From: Planctomycetaceae bacterium UBA7805
GTDB taxonomy: Bacteria; Planctomycetota; Planctomycetia; Pirellulales; UBA7805
Direction of reading: 5' to 3'
Assembly: GCA_002480485.1 (NCBI GenBank)
Contig: DLCF01000082.1
Span: forward strand, 5,330 to 69,329
DNA length: 64,000 bases
Shown piece after piece: positions 1 to 10,781 of the stretch. A model generated the notes under the pieces. The model was not told where the DNA came from. It worked only from the letters and a program-made list of their open reading frames with translations, and did no database searches. Positions within the stretch are counted from its first letter, which is position 1. Every line of letters begins with the position of its first letter. A program made the position numbers and the translations under genes.

Positions 1-1192
1 CCACAAGTTCTTTTTGTTCACCGTCGGCGAGATCATAGCGACGACGAATTAATGGATTACGACGGGACGCGAGTAATGTCTCCCCTCTCGGTCCCGCGGT
101 CCGCAATAAATCCTGGCTTCCGGCCGAAAAAACAACCGGGCCAAAAATAAAATGTTGCGGGTATGTTCCTTTCAGTGGTTTTACCAACCATTGCGGATCA
201 AGCACCAAGGGCAGTTGAATATCCATCTCTTTGCCATTACGAAAGATCGTTAGTGGTATGACACCTTCTTTTTGAAAGCGAGGAATGAGGTACTGGAAAG
301 AGAGGCGTAGGTTGTCTTCAACCTGCACATTTCCCTCTTGGTCGAGCGGTACATCACCAATTCGGGTGACGACATCCCAGTTTTTCAAGGGATAATTTTT
401 CTGCTCGGAAAATATTCTACGAATCATTACTCCACCGGTCTCGTCCGGCAGTTGCAAACGTTTCCGTAGCGCCGGATTGCGGACCGTTTGCATCTCGTCC
501 AGCATCTTGTATTTTCCGTTATACTCTCCATCGTCCAGATCATTTAAAAACAGACGAACTTCTTCACTGGGAATCAGATAACCAATGTTTTCTGCGCTTG
601 GGATACCACTGAATACCAAACCCACGATCTTCCCGTCCGAAATGGCCGGTCCACCGCTGTTGCCCGGATTGAGCGCAGCATCAATCTGAATACGTAGTCC
701 TGGGGTGAGATCGAAATAGCGCGTAAACTCTATTCGCGAAATGATACCCTCTGTAATAGATAATTGATCTCCGCCAATAGGATAGCCGTATACATTTACG
801 GTTTCCTTCAGCTTGGGGATTCCCTTGGCAAGTTGGAGTGGCGGACGATTTTCAAAGAATGCATCATCGTCAACCTCAAGCAGCGCGAGATCCATCTCAG
901 GTGCAAAACCAACAATTTTAGCGGGCATCCGTTCGGTCGACTGATAACCTTGAACAAGCAGTCGACTAGAATATTGGACGACATGTGCATTGGTCAGGAT
1001 ACGTTTACCGTCGATGATGACCCCGGATCCGGTTGCCTGCCTCAGCGGACCCTTCGTCCAAGGCCTTAAAAAATCAGGAGGTCGACGACTAGAGTGAATT
1101 TTTACAACGGCAGTTCGAACAGGATCGGCCCAGGTGAAAACAGGGCTGAAAAATAAAAGGCTGACCACAAGGCTGCGAAGGAACACGAACAA
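1..1192 (-). CDS. Trypsin-like serine protease, HtrA/DegP-like (S1C), with a PDZ-like C-terminal region; the 3' end runs off the window
   Basis: Absent from the ORF track because it is edge-truncated. My own minus-strand translation shows a stop at 1199-1201, then a TTG (1190-1192) or GTG (1184-1186) start. A signal-like FVFLRSLVVSLLFFSPVFTWA follows, then catalytic contexts TNAHV (His codon 983-985), DLALL and GNSGGP (Ser codon 656-658), then a long PDZ-like region. Confidence 0.85.
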   Translation of the reverse strand, partial: MFVFLRSLVVSLLFFSPVFTWADPVRTAVVKIHSSRRPPDFLRPWTKGPLRQATGSGVIIDGKRILTNAHVVQYSSRLLVQGYQSTERMPAKIVGFAPEMDLALLEVDDDAFFENRPPLQLAKGIPKLKETVNVYGYPIGGDQLSITEGIISRIEFTRYFDLTPGLRIQIDAALNPGNSGGPAISDGKIVGLVFSGIPSAENIGYLIPSEEVRLFLNDLDDGEYNGKYKMLDEMQTVRNPALRKRLQLPDETGGVMIRRIFSEQKNYPLKNWDVVTRIGDVPLDQEGNVQVEDNLRLSFQYLIPRFQKEGVIPLTIFRNGKEMDIQLPLVLDPQWLVKPLKGTYPQHFIFGPVVFSAGSQDLLRTAGPRGETLLASRRNPLIRRRYDLADGEQKELV

Positions 1193-1345
1193 TCTCCATC
1201 AAAAAGAATCGGTTGATGAGGTGCTATTCTAGCCGAAACAGGGCTTCCGGCGGGATGGCGAAAACTACCGAGAAGAGGCCGAAAAGAAATGCAACGTTTG
1301 GATTCAATGCGACCGACGCGACAATATATAGACACCGACTGGAGG

Positions 1346-2788
1346 CTACGCCAGAATCGGCAACACAGCTTTTGCCGGTTCAACCCCCGTCAACCGCATG
1401 TCGAGGCCCTGGTACGGAACGCTAAATCGTTGGTGATTAATACCCAATACATGGAGAATAGTTGCATGCAGATCACGGACGTGGACCACATCTTGTTGGG
1501 CATGATAACCAAATGGATCTGTCGCACCGTGGGTGATGCCCGGTTTAATCCCCCCCCCCGCCATCCAAATTGAGAATCCCTTGATATGATGGTCGCGACC
1601 TACGCTACCTTTTCCTTGAAACATCGGTGTTCGCCCGAATTCACCACCCCAGATGACCAGCGTTTCGTCGAGTAGCCCTCTCTGCTGCAGGTCGGTGACT
1701 AGTGCCCACGCCGGACGATCGGTCAGCCGACAGCAAATGTCCATAAATTTTTGTAAGCCGCCATGATGGTCCCATCCACGGTGATACAAATGAATAAATC
1801 GCACGCCCCGTTCGGCAAGGCGCCGCGCCAGCAGACAGTTTGACGCGAAGGAACCATCGCCTGGTGAGGCTCCGTACATGTCTAATGTTTCCTGAGTCTC
1901 GTCGGATAGATCCATTAATTCCGGAACCGAGACCTGCATCCGGAAGGCCATTTCATAGGCCGCCAGCCGCGCATCGATTTCCGGATCCTGAACATGTTGG
2001 TTGCGATGTTGGTTGAGTCCTTGCACCGCGTCGATTAATTGCCGCTGCGATGCCCTAGTGATTCCTGGCGGATTCCCAACGTAATGCACTGGATCTCCCG
2101 AAGCATGAAATTCCACGCCCTGGAAACGACTTGGTAGAAATCCGGCAGCCCACTGCCGGGACGCGATCGGTTGGGGGCTACGACCGCCGACACTGGTCAT
2201 CACCACAAAACCCGGTAGGTTTTCACTCTCGCTGCCCAGGCCATAGTTGATCCACGATCCCATCGATGGACGACCACTTATTGCGGTGCCCGTGTTCATA
2301 AATGTGTGTGCTGGATCGTGATTGATTTGTTCGGTTACCATAGACCGAACAATACAGATTTTATCGGCTATGCGGGCAGTAAACGGCAGAAAATCACTGA
2401 TCTGCTGTCCGTTTTCTCCGTATCTCCGAAACCGCGTGAGCGGTTGCTGACATTTCAATTCTTGACCCTGAAGTTGGGCAATCGGCTGTCCTTGTGTTAT
2501 TGAATCAGGTATCGATTGCCCGTGCATTTTTTCGAGTTGTTCTTTGTAATCAAAAGTCTCCAGATGGCTCGGACCTCCTGCCATGCAAAGAAAAATCACA
2601 CGCTTGGCTCGCGGAGCAAAATGCGGCAAATTCTGCAAACCGGAGTATTCTGGGGAGGGTGTGATAGCAACTGATTTCTGCGGGGGTAGCAAACCCGCGA
2701 GCGCCACACTGCCGAGCCCCAACGCCGATCGAGAGAGAAATGTCCTTCGTGCCGCAGTCAAATCAATGGTGTTAGCCGGGTGCTTCAT
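1346..2788 (-). CDS. DUF1501 domain protein (sulfatase/alkaline-phosphatase-like fold), Tat signal
   Basis: 480 aa ORF. The N-terminus has a twin-arginine motif (ARRTFLSRSALGLGSVALAG). The conserved DUF1501 C-terminal region reads GRDHH...MAGGGIKPG. It sits directly downstream of a DUF1553 partner gene, the usual pairing. Confidence 0.85.
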   Translation of the reverse strand: MKHPANTIDLTAARRTFLSRSALGLGSVALAGLLPPQKSVAITPSPEYSGLQNLPHFAPRAKRVIFLCMAGGPSHLETFDYKEQLEKMHGQSIPDSITQGQPIAQLQGQELKCQQPLTRFRRYGENGQQISDFLPFTARIADKICIVRSMVTEQINHDPAHTFMNTGTAISGRPSMGSWINYGLGSESENLPGFVVMTSVGGRSPQPIASRQWAAGFLPSRFQGVEFHASGDPVHYVGNPPGITRASQRQLIDAVQGLNQHRNQHVQDPEIDARLAAYEMAFRMQVSVPELMDLSDETQETLDMYGASPGDGSFASNCLLARRLAERGVRFIHLYHRGWDHHGGLQKFMDICCRLTDRPAWALVTDLQQRGLLDETLVIWGGEFGRTPMFQGKGSVGRDHHIKGFSIWMAGGGIKPGITHGATDPFGYHAQQDVVHVRDLHATILHVLGINHQRFSVPYQGLDMRLTGVEPAKAVLPILA

Positions 2789-2794
2789 TTTGAT

Positions 2795-5227
2795 TCAGTT
2801 CCGCGTGATTGTCTCATGCATATTCAGAAGTCCTCGGGCAACGCTCGTCCAAGCCGCCAATTCCACCGGATCAGTCTCTTTGGATGCCCCGCTCCTCAAT
2901 CCGGTTTGCAGCAAAGCCTTCGCCGCCTCTGGATCACGTTGATAAGTGAGGCGATTTTTATCAAGCAACTGCATTAATAGATCGATTTCGGTGGTATCGG
3001 GATCTCGGGAAACAGCCCTCCGGAATGCAAAACGGATACGTTCGCTATCGGAGTTGCCTCCCTCATCGATCATCTTTTGAGCAAACACTCTTGCCGCCTC
3101 GATAAACGTTGGATCATTCAAGAGAACTAGAGCAGCTGAAGGTGTGTTGGATTGTGGGCGTTCAGCAGTACATTCCTCGCGAAGCGGGGCATCAAACGCA
3201 CGCAACATAGGGTGTAAAAATTGGCGTTGCCAATGCACGTATAGTCCCCGCTGCCACTGCCGCGCGTCTTTATCCGAATAATATTTCCGTTCCGGAAAAT
3301 TCAAATGCCGATAATAGCCCTCCGGTTGATAAGGTTTAACACTCACGCCCCCACGTTGTGCTTGCAGTAATCCGCTAATTGCCAGTGCGGCGTCACGAAT
3401 CATTTCAGCTGGAAGTCGAAAACGAGATTGCCTTGCAAAGAATCGACCATCGCCTTGATTCTCAGATCCCAGATCAGGATGAGACGCCAAGCGATAGGTA
3501 TGACTCATTACAAGCTGTTTAATCAGGCGTTTAATATCCCATTCGTTTTTGACAAAATCGAGTGCCAGCGCGTCGAGCAGCGACGCATGACTCGGAGGTA
3601 TTCCCTGTCCACCAAAATCGTCAAGTTGCGGTGCAATACCCTGTCCGAACATAAGGTACCAAATCCGATTAACGAAAACGCGGGCGGTAAGCAATCCGGT
3701 TCCATGGTCTACATCGGTGAGCCAGTGTGCCAAGTCGAGTCTATTTGCGCGGCGACCATCGGTTTGGATTGCCCCGAGAAATTCCGGAACGGCGGGTGGG
3801 ACAATTTCACCCGTGTCATCGAGCCAATTGCCCCGAGGTAAAATACGAATCTCACGCGGCGAGACTGCCGAAGTGATCATTGTTTTGCGAGTCTGACTCT
3901 GAATATATTTTCGCTCAGCCAGCAGGCTATTGATTGTCTCTTTCTGTTGCGGATCCTCGCTATCAAGCGATTGCAGAGATTTTTCGATCAAGTCAATCCG
4001 CTGGCGATCACCTGGGGTGTACACATAGATTTCTGGTTCTCGCTTCGTGGGTACGGTGTTGGATCCCGCGAACGTTTTGTCTTCATCGATATCGGCAAAG
4101 AAAGCAACCATCGAGTAAAAGTCACGCATGGTATAAGGATCAAATTTATGGTCGTGACATTGACAACAACCCATCGTCGCGCCCATCCAGACACTTGAAA
4201 TATTACGCACTCGATCTGCCGCGTAGATTGCCAGGTACTCTTTTTTTTGCACGCCTCCCTCATGCGAGGTTTGCAGCAGCCGGTTATATCCAGATGCAAC
4301 TTTTAAACGCAGCCGCTCGGCTGGATCCCTCGCTTCATGTTGTGCAAGGAGATCCCCTGCCAATTGCTCGTGGGTGAATTGGTCGAGTGGTAAGTTCTCG
4401 TTAAAGCAGTTGACCACATAGTCCCTGTAAGGAGAAATATTGTGATCCTGGTCACCATGGTACCCGACCGTATCCGCATAGCGGACCAAATCTAACCAAT
4501 ACATTGCCATCCGCTCACCATAGTGAGGTGAAGCGAGTAAGCGGTCGACAAGCCTTTCGTAGCGGTCGGATTGTGAGCCTCGAAGAAAATCTTCTACGAC
4601 TTCTGGCTCAGGAGGCAATCCGGTCAGATCGATATGGAGGCGTCGGACGAGTGTAACCGGATCGGCATCTGAAGCGGGAACAATCGATTCCTGATCTAGT
4701 CGTGCTAAAACGTATGGATCAAAAACACTAATTGGCCACTGATTGTCGTGGGTCGATGGTCTCACTGATTTTTTCGGAGTGCGATAAGCCCAATGGTCAT
4801 CCCACTCAGCGCCTTGTTGAATCCAAAGCCTCAATAATTCAATCTCGTCTGCGTCGAGCTGCTTTCCACTTTCCGGCTTGGGCATCTTGAAGTCCGGATC
4901 TGTTTCAATGATGCGCTGCATCACCTCGCTGGCATCCGGGTCGCCCGGCACGATAGCCACCATTCCCGAATCTCCCTCGGAAAAGGCAGATTCTCTGTGA
5001 TCGAGACGCAATCCACCCTCTCGATGAGTGGCATCAGGTCCGTGACAAAAAATACAGTTGTCAGAGAGAATCGGTCGGATCTGACTGTTGAAATCAACTC
5101 TGCTGGGGGTTTCCGCGACAGCAAATTGGCAAGTCAGAACTATCCACTGACAGCACAATAGTGTTTTTTTTGGCACAGACATCTCGGATTTCTTTTTCAG
5201 AGCGTGGGACGAAAAGAAAAAAACCAA
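2795..5227 (-). CDS. Planctomycete cytochrome-c-like (PSCyt1) / DUF1549 / DUF1553 (PSD1) protein
   Basis: 810 aa ORF with CIFCHGPD (a CxxCH motif) near the N-terminus and a second motif, GCCQCHDHKFDP. The likely true start is the ATG at 5182 (MSVPKKTLLCCQWIVLTCQFAVA signal peptide). Confidence 0.85.
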   Translation of the reverse strand: MVFFFSSHALKKKSEMSVPKKTLLCCQWIVLTCQFAVAETPSRVDFNSQIRPILSDNCIFCHGPDATHREGGLRLDHRESAFSEGDSGMVAIVPGDPDASEVMQRIIETDPDFKMPKPESGKQLDADEIELLRLWIQQGAEWDDHWAYRTPKKSVRPSTHDNQWPISVFDPYVLARLDQESIVPASDADPVTLVRRLHIDLTGLPPEPEVVEDFLRGSQSDRYERLVDRLLASPHYGERMAMYWLDLVRYADTVGYHGDQDHNISPYRDYVVNCFNENLPLDQFTHEQLAGDLLAQHEARDPAERLRLKVASGYNRLLQTSHEGGVQKKEYLAIYAADRVRNISSVWMGATMGCCQCHDHKFDPYTMRDFYSMVAFFADIDEDKTFAGSNTVPTKREPEIYVYTPGDRQRIDLIEKSLQSLDSEDPQQKETINSLLAERKYIQSQTRKTMITSAVSPREIRILPRGNWLDDTGEIVPPAVPEFLGAIQTDGRRANRLDLAHWLTDVDHGTGLLTARVFVNRIWYLMFGQGIAPQLDDFGGQGIPPSHASLLDALALDFVKNEWDIKRLIKQLVMSHTYRLASHPDLGSENQGDGRFFARQSRFRLPAEMIRDAALAISGLLQAQRGGVSVKPYQPEGYYRHLNFPERKYYSDKDARQWQRGLYVHWQRQFLHPMLRAFDAPLREECTAERPQSNTPSAALVLLNDPTFIEAARVFAQKMIDEGGNSDSERIRFAFRRAVSRDPDTTEIDLLMQLLDKNRLTYQRDPEAAKALLQTGLRSGASKETDPVELAAWTSVARGLLNMHETITRN

Positions 5228-5283
5228 ATCCGCACCTATTTTATCCTGACGATCGATAAACGGTCAAACAACGCTGAAGTCTT

Positions 5284-8214
5284 TTATGGCTGTGGTTTGT
5301 TCAAAACCAGGGGATCCGACTCGCTTGGAATCACTCGAAGCATCATCGGTTTTGATGTCGGTCGGCCATCAATGATGGCCTCGAAAAAGATGGGTCGCTC
5401 CTGCGCGTGCACCCAAGGCTCACAAGTAATGAAAACGTCCCGCTGATTTTCATTCGCCAGCATTAACACGCCATTAAGTCCAATGTTGTCGACGTAAAGT
5501 CCATGAGGAATATTCCAGGCTGCTTCTTCACGGCCGAAACCTATCACACCCTCATGCCCTTTGCGGGTCACTTCGAGTCGGCACTTGATGGTTTTTCCGG
5601 CCGGCACGAGTAATACGGGCAGACCATCACTCTCGAAAGATTTATTGTCTAGGACTACGCGGATATCGAGTTTAGGTTGACGATCCAATTTTATCGTCCC
5701 CAGGTCACCAAGCTGTTCAACAATCTCCTCGCCATTTACCATGCCACGCGCAGTGACCTTAATTTTTTTCACGTCTTCATCTGACGGGGGAGCTGCATTG
5801 TCGTCGGCCTGGATTAAAGCCGTTGCACGATGTTGGCCTGCCTCGATAGAGAGCGGTCCGGTGACCGAAAAGCCCTTCGGGAGATTTTCAATTTCTATGC
5901 GGACCGGGCCCTCAAAGCCATCAATGCGAGTCAACTTCATATTAACGCGTCGCCCGCCGCCCGGGGGTACCGTGAGATTTCGATTAAATCGAAGATGGAA
6001 GCCTGGTTTTCGAGGTCGGACTTGAAGTTTGTAGGCGTAGTCGGAACCGGAAAAACCTCTGACATCCCGCACACGCACAAGATATTCTCCCCGCTCAGGT
6101 GCAGTGAAAGTCAACCGCGAATCAGCCCCAAACTGTCGACGACTATCATCATCATTTTCGTAGGGAATTGGAAAAACTGGCAGGCCATTCGGCACGATCG
6201 TTGCCTCAGAATGATGTGGCTCTACGATATAGCAAACCTCTCCAAGTGCATGCGAGAGGGGCGTTGTATCGTAATAGCACTGTCGTAATCCGAAATTTGG
6301 ATAGACCTTGAATCCGGAGTCGGGGCCACGGGGATAGTGATACAAACGGACAACCTCTCCGTTGGCATAGAGGTACTGGTTGAGTTGCATTTCTCGCCAG
6401 TTATGAAGTCGAAAATCATCAATTTGATTCGAATTTTTGCCCCTGAAGGTGAAGTAAGAGTCCCGCACTGCTTGCAAGAATACACGGGTAACTGGTTCGC
6501 CCTTTGTGTCAAGAATTTCGATTTTAGAATCCAAGGGAGAGCCACTTCGGGAGGCATCAATTTCGAGTACCCAGCTTTGCCCCTTTCGGGAAAAGAACCG
6601 GAATAAATCGCTGTCCGCTCGGTCATTAGCGGCTGTTTTCTCTATTTTTCCGAGGGCCAAACTCGGTGGATGTATCCAGTTCGCATCCGCAACACGATTA
6701 TTAGGCTCTCGTTCGGTTACCTCTTGTATTTGATCGCTGATGCGATTTTTATCGAGACCTGTTAAATCCTCGTTTGCGGAGGCATCCGCAGTCTCTAAAA
6801 TTTCTGCTCGTTGCTGAACAGTATCGTGGTTTGCGTGTTGCCATAGATTTTCCGCAAGCGGATAGACACCCAAAGATCCATCCATGCGACCCGCCACGAA
6901 GTGTCCCCCTGCAGAATCCACCGCCAGAGCCTCAATCGCATCCGATTGATTTTCGTAAACCACCCGCTGAGTCAACTGTGGCATATCCCATACTTTGAGC
7001 GAATCGTCCAACGCGGCCGAGATGAGTGATCTTCCGTCGGCCGAGTACCGCAGGCGGGTAATCGCGCCTTCGTGTCCAAAACGCGCGTGCAGCATCGGAT
7101 TGATCTTGAGCTTGTCATGCGAGACCAACTTCCAGACTCGGATCCGATTGTCTGCTCCGCCGGCAGCAAATCGAGAACCATCCGGACTGAATGTCACGGT
7201 GTACTGCTCTTTGAGCGGCTCGCTTCGAGTATCGACTCGCCGTCCACTCGGCACATGCCAGACTTTCACTGTGGTATCTCCACTAGCACTAACAAGATTT
7301 TCTGTATCGGGGCTGAACGCTAGGTCAAAAACCGGTCCATTGTGACCGGACAGCGTATGTAGTATCTCTCCACTCTGAAAATCCCACAGGATGATTTTGT
7401 GGTCATAGCTGCCGCTTGCAAGAGTATTTTCATCTTCACTCACAACGGCCACATAGACCGTGTCTCGATGCCCGGCAAAAGTTCTTAGCTTTTGGCCCCT
7501 CTCCACATCCCAAAGTAAAATTTCCCCACTCTCTCCCGGGAGTCCTCCCGCAACCAATAACTTTTTGGAATCCGGAGTGAACCGCATATCATTAATCTTT
7601 CCCGCATGCCCTTCCAGAATTTGAAGCGGTTTTTCAGCAGTAAAATGAAAATGTGCGTTCTTTGCAAACAGCTCAACTCTGTCGTATCGCGCAATCGCCA
7701 GTTGTTTTCCATCAGGGGAGACAGCAATCGCCGTAATCGGTTTTTTCCCAGGGGCGGATGGTAGCTGCGGAATGGCGATTCGACGTTCGTCAATCCCACT
7801 AGGACCGTTGGCCCCGTTATTGATCCAGCGCGACAAAATATCAATCTCTTCTGCGCTAGGACGAGGTTCCCCCTCTGGGGGCATCAGTGGTTCGGCGGTG
7901 CCTTGAATCACGTCGAGCAAGCGACTTTGCTCGGCGGTTGCAGCCAGAAGTGGCCCCTCGGCTCCACCTTTTTTTAAATCTGCATAAGATTCAAGCGATA
8001 ATTCACCTTCCGGTTCTCTTTGGTTATGACAACCGGTGCAATACCTCGCAAAAATCGGCTGCACCGAATGTTGATAGTCTAACTTGTCGACAGGCTCGAT
8101 TTGTTCGGCGGAGAGTCCAACTGTCGCGAATTGAAACGCCAACAACAAGATTGCACTGCCTGACGGCAGGGAATATCGGCGACAAAATAAGTGATTTTTG
8201 AGTCGTGTGATCAT
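5284..8214 (-). CDS. PSCyt1 (CxxCH) + WD40 beta-propeller repeat protein with a large C-terminal beta-rich region
   Basis: 976 aa ORF with a signal peptide and CTGCHNQREPEGELSLESY. It has multiple WD40-like repeats (GHxxxV...SGSxDxxIxLWD / VKVWH / IRVWK / LKVWD). A PPC-like segment reads DSDLFRFFSRKGQSWVLEIDA. Confidence 0.8.
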   Translation of the reverse strand: MITRLKNHLFCRRYSLPSGSAILLLAFQFATVGLSAEQIEPVDKLDYQHSVQPIFARYCTGCHNQREPEGELSLESYADLKKGGAEGPLLAATAEQSRLLDVIQGTAEPLMPPEGEPRPSAEEIDILSRWINNGANGPSGIDERRIAIPQLPSAPGKKPITAIAVSPDGKQLAIARYDRVELFAKNAHFHFTAEKPLQILEGHAGKINDMRFTPDSKKLLVAGGLPGESGEILLWDVERGQKLRTFAGHRDTVYVAVVSEDENTLASGSYDHKIILWDFQSGEILHTLSGHNGPVFDLAFSPDTENLVSASGDTTVKVWHVPSGRRVDTRSEPLKEQYTVTFSPDGSRFAAGGADNRIRVWKLVSHDKLKINPMLHARFGHEGAITRLRYSADGRSLISAALDDSLKVWDMPQLTQRVVYENQSDAIEALAVDSAGGHFVAGRMDGSLGVYPLAENLWQHANHDTVQQRAEILETADASANEDLTGLDKNRISDQIQEVTEREPNNRVADANWIHPPSLALGKIEKTAANDRADSDLFRFFSRKGQSWVLEIDASRSGSPLDSKIEILDTKGEPVTRVFLQAVRDSYFTFRGKNSNQIDDFRLHNWREMQLNQYLYANGEVVRLYHYPRGPDSGFKVYPNFGLRQCYYDTTPLSHALGEVCYIVEPHHSEATIVPNGLPVFPIPYENDDDSRRQFGADSRLTFTAPERGEYLVRVRDVRGFSGSDYAYKLQVRPRKPGFHLRFNRNLTVPPGGGRRVNMKLTRIDGFEGPVRIEIENLPKGFSVTGPLSIEAGQHRATALIQADDNAAPPSDEDVKKIKVTARGMVNGEEIVEQLGDLGTIKLDRQPKLDIRVVLDNKSFESDGLPVLLVPAGKTIKCRLEVTRKGHEGVIGFGREEAAWNIPHGLYVDNIGLNGVLMLANENQRDVFITCEPWVHAQERPIFFEAIIDGRPTSKPMMLRVIPSESDPLVLNKPQP

Positions 8215-8232
8215 ACTAACCCGTTGATTTAC

Positions 8233-10764
8233 CTAATGGTTAAATAAAAACTCACGACTACTCATAATGCCCCAGTATAAATCTTCAATCACCTCGCGCC
8301 GTTCCTCTTTGGATGCCATTTCGAGAACCGGAAGCAGTTGTTTGACCTCCGCATTGGAGGGCTGCCGAGCAAGCGTGGTCAAAAAGGCATCTCGTAGAAT
8401 CTCGTTATTTTTAAATTCTGCTTCAATAACCTTTGCAACACAACTTTTTTCATTCCGCAACCGGTCGTTGACAGTGTTGCCGTTGCTGATATGAAGCACT
8501 TGAACCAGACTCGGCGTGTTAGTCCGCTCGCATTCGCAGGTAATATTCCGTGTGTTCCGCCCGAAGGTTTTAAGAAACGGTGCCAAGACCGCCGAGTCAT
8601 AAAGCTCAATCGCCCGAGTACCCTCGGGATATTCTTTGGTTTCGACGATGCCTGAACCGTCGTATGCAATATGCGTGAAGTTTGCGGGTACTTCGGTGAC
8701 CTGAGCGATGGCATCATGCAGGACCTCCGCCATTAGGCGACGCGGATAATAGCGACTATAAAATCGCCGATCGTCCTTATTTTCCGCAATCGGAAGACTG
8801 CTACGCTGATACGTTTCCGACTGGAGAATCACGCGCATCAAGCCTTTCAAATCGTAATCATGTTCCACCAACCACGTTGCCAGCGCATCGAGTAATTCGG
8901 GATTGCTCGCTGGATTTGAAACGCGGAGATCATCGATCGGATCGACTAAGCCGACACCAAAAAAGTTTGCCCAGACCCGATTAGCGATCGCCCGACTGAA
9001 ATAGGGATTTTCCGGACTGGTTATCCAATCCGCTAATGCTAATCGACGATCTTGTGGATCATCGATCGGCAAAGGTGTTCCATCGAGCGGTGCCGGTGGT
9101 TGGGGTTTTCCCGTACGTGGCTGTACCAGATCTCCCTCCGGGGCCACATACAGGGTGCGCAGCCCATCTCCCGTGCGAGGATCGCCTCCCCAGCCCTTTC
9201 CACGTACGCGAGCGAACAGATTGGCCATCGCGTAATATTGGTCATTGGTCCACTTTTCCAAGGGGTGGTCGTGACATTTTGCACAACCGATGGAAAGTCC
9301 CAGAAAAGCCTGGCTGACATTCTCGCTCATGTCTTCGGGCGTCTGGTGGAGGGAATAAAAATTAGTTGCGCCATCCGTATAGCTATTTCCACTTGCAGTG
9401 ATGATTTTTTGAACCAGCTTATCCCAGGCAATACCATCAGCAACTTGCGATCGAATCCAATCGTAATATGCCTTCACTGCTTTGGGCCGCAGTCGTCTAC
9501 CGTTGACGAGTAATAAATCGGACCATTTGTAGGTCCAATAATCGATAAATTCTTCCCTTTCAAGCAACGACTCGATCACCGCATCGCGTCGACTCTGACT
9601 TTTCTGTAGATCCGATTCACGGTTGCCGGAATCCAAAAAATCACGGGTTTCAGCGAGACTCGGTAAAGTTCCGATGGTATCGAGGTAAGCACGCCTTAAA
9701 AATGCCGCATCCTCCGATCGGGGAGAAGGTGCAAGATTGAGGCTCTGCAGTTTATCGAGCACCAAATTGTCAATAAAATTTCTTTTGGTGGCATGTTGAT
9801 AAACGTCTGGGCTTACTTGATAAGGGTAAGGCGCTTTAATTTCTGATAAGACAATCTGACTGGAGAACCAGACAACAATTGCCCCCTGACCATGGCCGAT
9901 CACCTCGATTTTTCCGTCCGGAGAAACAGTGGCGACTGTGGCGTTGCTTGAGGAGAATTTTGCCCACTCTGTGACATCCTCCTCGCGACCATCGCTATAG
10001 CGTGCAGTGACAATTAGTTGTTGTTGATCTCCCGGTTTGAGGGTTACGACATCTGGCAAAACCTGCACCGCGGTTAATTGGGGGTCGTCAGAACCGGGAG
10101 CCTGTGCACCATCGCTAATCCATTTTCCCAAAAGTTGATAATCATCAGAGTTAATTTCAAGTCGAACGCCTCCCTTGTGGGGTACACTGCCAGTCGGTTT
10201 TGTGAGAATTAAACTACGCCCCGGATCCGCTGGTTCGACTCGTCTCCCACGGGACTGACGGGTGATCCACCAGTAGTCGCTCGCCGGATCATAGCCGCGA
10301 AGTGAGAGTTTTAAGCCGCCCTTTCCCGCCAATGCACCGTGACAAGCGCCCGAGTTGCATCCCCGCTTTGCTAAAATTGGCAGCACATGCCGGCGGAAAT
10401 CCCACGTCAATTCAGATGACGTTCCGCTTACTATGACTTTTGCCAGCGCAGATTTTCCCTTCCAGGTTCCTCGAATCGTCGCTTCACCATCACCGACCGC
10501 TTTGGCACGATTGTCCGAAACCACGACAATATTGGGATCACTTGATGTCCAGGTCACGCCGTCACGAACCTGACCTTCGAAGTTACCCGCTGGTCCGCGT
10601 CTCTCCATGATCAACTGCTGCTCTGCGCCGGGATACATCAACTCAAAGGAGGCAGGCAGGATGGCCACTTGCTCGTCCGCCAACAATGTGTTTGCACAAA
10701 GAAGCACGGGCAAAGACAACACCAGAAAAACAAAAAAGATAGATCGGAACACCATCAATCGCAC
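8233..10764 (-). CDS. Ig-like (BIG2) + DUF1549/DUF1553 protein with cytochrome-c-like motifs
   Basis: 843 aa ORF with a signal peptide and two Ig-like segments (TWTSSDPNIVVVSD..., FSSSNATVATVSPDG). Cys/His motifs are GCNSGACHG and IGCAKCHDHPLEKW. The C-terminal part is DUF1553-like. Confidence 0.8.
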   Translation of the reverse strand: MRLMVFRSIFFVFLVLSLPVLLCANTLLADEQVAILPASFELMYPGAEQQLIMERRGPAGNFEGQVRDGVTWTSSDPNIVVVSDNRAKAVGDGEATIRGTWKGKSALAKVIVSGTSSELTWDFRRHVLPILAKRGCNSGACHGALAGKGGLKLSLRGYDPASDYWWITRQSRGRRVEPADPGRSLILTKPTGSVPHKGGVRLEINSDDYQLLGKWISDGAQAPGSDDPQLTAVQVLPDVVTLKPGDQQQLIVTARYSDGREEDVTEWAKFSSSNATVATVSPDGKIEVIGHGQGAIVVWFSSQIVLSEIKAPYPYQVSPDVYQHATKRNFIDNLVLDKLQSLNLAPSPRSEDAAFLRRAYLDTIGTLPSLAETRDFLDSGNRESDLQKSQSRRDAVIESLLEREEFIDYWTYKWSDLLLVNGRRLRPKAVKAYYDWIRSQVADGIAWDKLVQKIITASGNSYTDGATNFYSLHQTPEDMSENVSQAFLGLSIGCAKCHDHPLEKWTNDQYYAMANLFARVRGKGWGGDPRTGDGLRTLYVAPEGDLVQPRTGKPQPPAPLDGTPLPIDDPQDRRLALADWITSPENPYFSRAIANRVWANFFGVGLVDPIDDLRVSNPASNPELLDALATWLVEHDYDLKGLMRVILQSETYQRSSLPIAENKDDRRFYSRYYPRRLMAEVLHDAIAQVTEVPANFTHIAYDGSGIVETKEYPEGTRAIELYDSAVLAPFLKTFGRNTRNITCECERTNTPSLVQVLHISNGNTVNDRLRNEKSCVAKVIEAEFKNNEILRDAFLTTLARQPSNAEVKQLLPVLEMASKEERREVIEDLYWGIMSSREFLFNH

Positions 10765-10781
10765 CTGTTTCCGGCCGTCAA

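Noticed and set aside
1550-1559. A C10 homopolymer (G10 on the coding strand) inside the DUF1501 gene, a possible slipped-strand phase-variation site.
   Set aside because: It encodes the conserved Gly triplet of MAGGGIKPG. The paralogue at 10782-12200 has FAGGGVQGG at the same place, written with mixed codons. The frame is intact and nothing indicates switching. It is worth remembering only as a potential sequencing-error hotspot.
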